Source: Dicyema japonicum
Taxonomy: Eukaryota > Animalia > Dicyemida
Direction of reading: 5' to 3'
Assembly: GCA_011109175.1 (NCBI GenBank)
Contig: RDEW01000007.1
Span: forward strand, 1,622,236-1,655,235
DNA length: 33,000 bases
Translations under genes and position numbers: made by a program
The notes under the pieces: generated by a model
Told to the model about the DNA's origin: nothing
The model's database searches: none
What the model saw: the letters and a program-made list of their open reading frames with translations, nothing else
Shown here: positions 31,830 through 33,000 of the stretch, in pieces
Numbering within the stretch: the stretch's first letter is position 1
How the letters are laid out: each line of letters opens with the position of its first letter

Positions 31830-32683
31830 ATGACATCAGAGGACCAAAATAGAATTGACGACAACATAATCGCCCAATTTAATACGTTTGAGGACTTTCT
31901 TGACTCGCAAATAACTTCACTGGACTTGTACTACCTCGAAGTATTCCTACTAAATTTATCAGGACGATGAGCTAGCTCGACAACTCGTAGAACTCGGGTA
32001 CCGAGGGAGTGGAGAGGTTCTCAAAAGGGAGGAGTTTGAACAACGCAAGACTGAAAACGAAGCAGCAAAATTAACATCAAAGTTCAACTCAAAGTAAGGA
32101 GCATTATTTTAGATGAGAAAAATGGCCAGCTCAAATAAAACGATTACTGACAGTTTTTTAAAGGAATTGGAGAGCAGAGAGGAGGCTAACAGAATGGGTA
32201 AACTCAGTGTACTTTAAAAACTTAAAACCTCAGACAATCATCTACATCAGGGATATTGTCAAGAAACAAGAGATCAGCGGGTACATTGACTACCAGGACA
32301 GACTAGCCAATGAGGACTTTGAACAAATTTTTAGTGGTAAGAAGAAGCTACTCCCTAAACCGACCGATTTAAGGTATGAATTAACTCAGGGACCTTAGTT
32401 ACTACAATTGGGAGACACAGGCGTCGTATTCCTAACTCATCACCTAACTATAGCGTAATTACAGATAATCCCTCAGGGCTGTTTTTTAAAAATAAAAAAG
32501 ATAGAAAACTCATATCTACTGATCCTAAGGTTTTTCAATTATGAATGGAAGGGATCCTTAAATAATGACATTACTAAAAGAATTCCAATCTATTCTGATA
32601 AATACTTACAAATTGTGATCTTTGACCACAAGACCCGAAGAAAGTACAATTTGAATTTTTTACATTTTAGAACATTTTTATGA
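31830..32683 (+). CDS. CFAP299: Cilia- and flagella-associated protein 299 (C4orf22 family), ~235 aa, 7 exons
   Basis: [90 protein letters not shown]. Introns 31941-62, 32094-117, 32209-33, 32374-98, 32530-51, 32644-70. One surplus base at 32431-33. Confidence 0.92.
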
Positions 32684-32809
32684 ATTAATAATTAATTTAA
32701 ACTATTTTAATTCAATCCATTAAAATTTTAACTTATTAAATTTTTGCTGCAATCAAAACGAACTCTCACCAAGTTTGCCTAAGTGGAGATTTTGAAAATA
32801 AGCTACAAA

Positions 32810-33000
32810 TTTTTATGAGTCTGGATGCGTAGTCAGTATCTAATTAGTGGAAACAGGATTTTTCAAATTGTTTGTCCGGGAAGTAAACATGAAAATGTAT
32901 AAATTAACTAATTTAGACAGCAAGTTACGTCTTAATCCACTATTCAGAGGTTATGTAGATGATTACTTCTGTCTACTGACTAAGAAAACTTTTAATTTTT
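32810..33000 (+). mobile_element. Possible Penelope-like RT remnant (runs off window)
   Basis: FMSLDA*S (compare VSLDV.SL) and NPLFRGYVDDYFCL (compare P..W.RYVDD.F). Confidence 0.4.

Noticed and set aside
5782-32433. Programmed frameshifting or insertional RNA editing as the cause of frameshifts in host genes
   Set aside because: The indels go in both directions, involve different bases, share no motif and sit in short base runs, as expected for sequencing error.

Overview
AT-rich eukaryotic nuclear DNA read in the standard genetic code; not prokaryotic. Four host genes can be reconstructed by hand-splicing: a miniature FNBP4-like double-WW gene (5607-6231, -), strumpellin/WASHC5 (18919-23033, +, 26 introns), coronin (23566-25482, +, 7 introns) and the ciliary gene CFAP299/C4orf22 (31830-32683, +, 6 introns). 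All 39 introns placed in the last three genes are 22-29 nt long, have almost no donor consensus beyond GT, and one appears to be GT-TG. Most of the rest is degraded, nested transposon debris: APE-RT non-LTR retrotransposons, about eight 3' fragments of CRE-like elements, an R4/Dong-like fragment, two Buster-type hAT elements, a FLYWCH-MULE, an integrase fragment and a TA-flanked MITE. Tiny introns, a cilia gene and animal-type transposons suggest a reduced animal parasite such as a dicyemid (inference only). Best leads: (i) the minimal-intron splicing system, (ii) a 63-64 nt motif in three CRE-like 3' ends whose pairing order resembles an HDV-like ribozyme but lacks its canonical loop, and (iii) a CRE-like insertion flanked by a perfect 71-bp duplication. 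Five 1-nt indels in the host genes are probably assembly errors. Clade assignments come from motif recall, not searches; boundaries of degraded elements are approximate.
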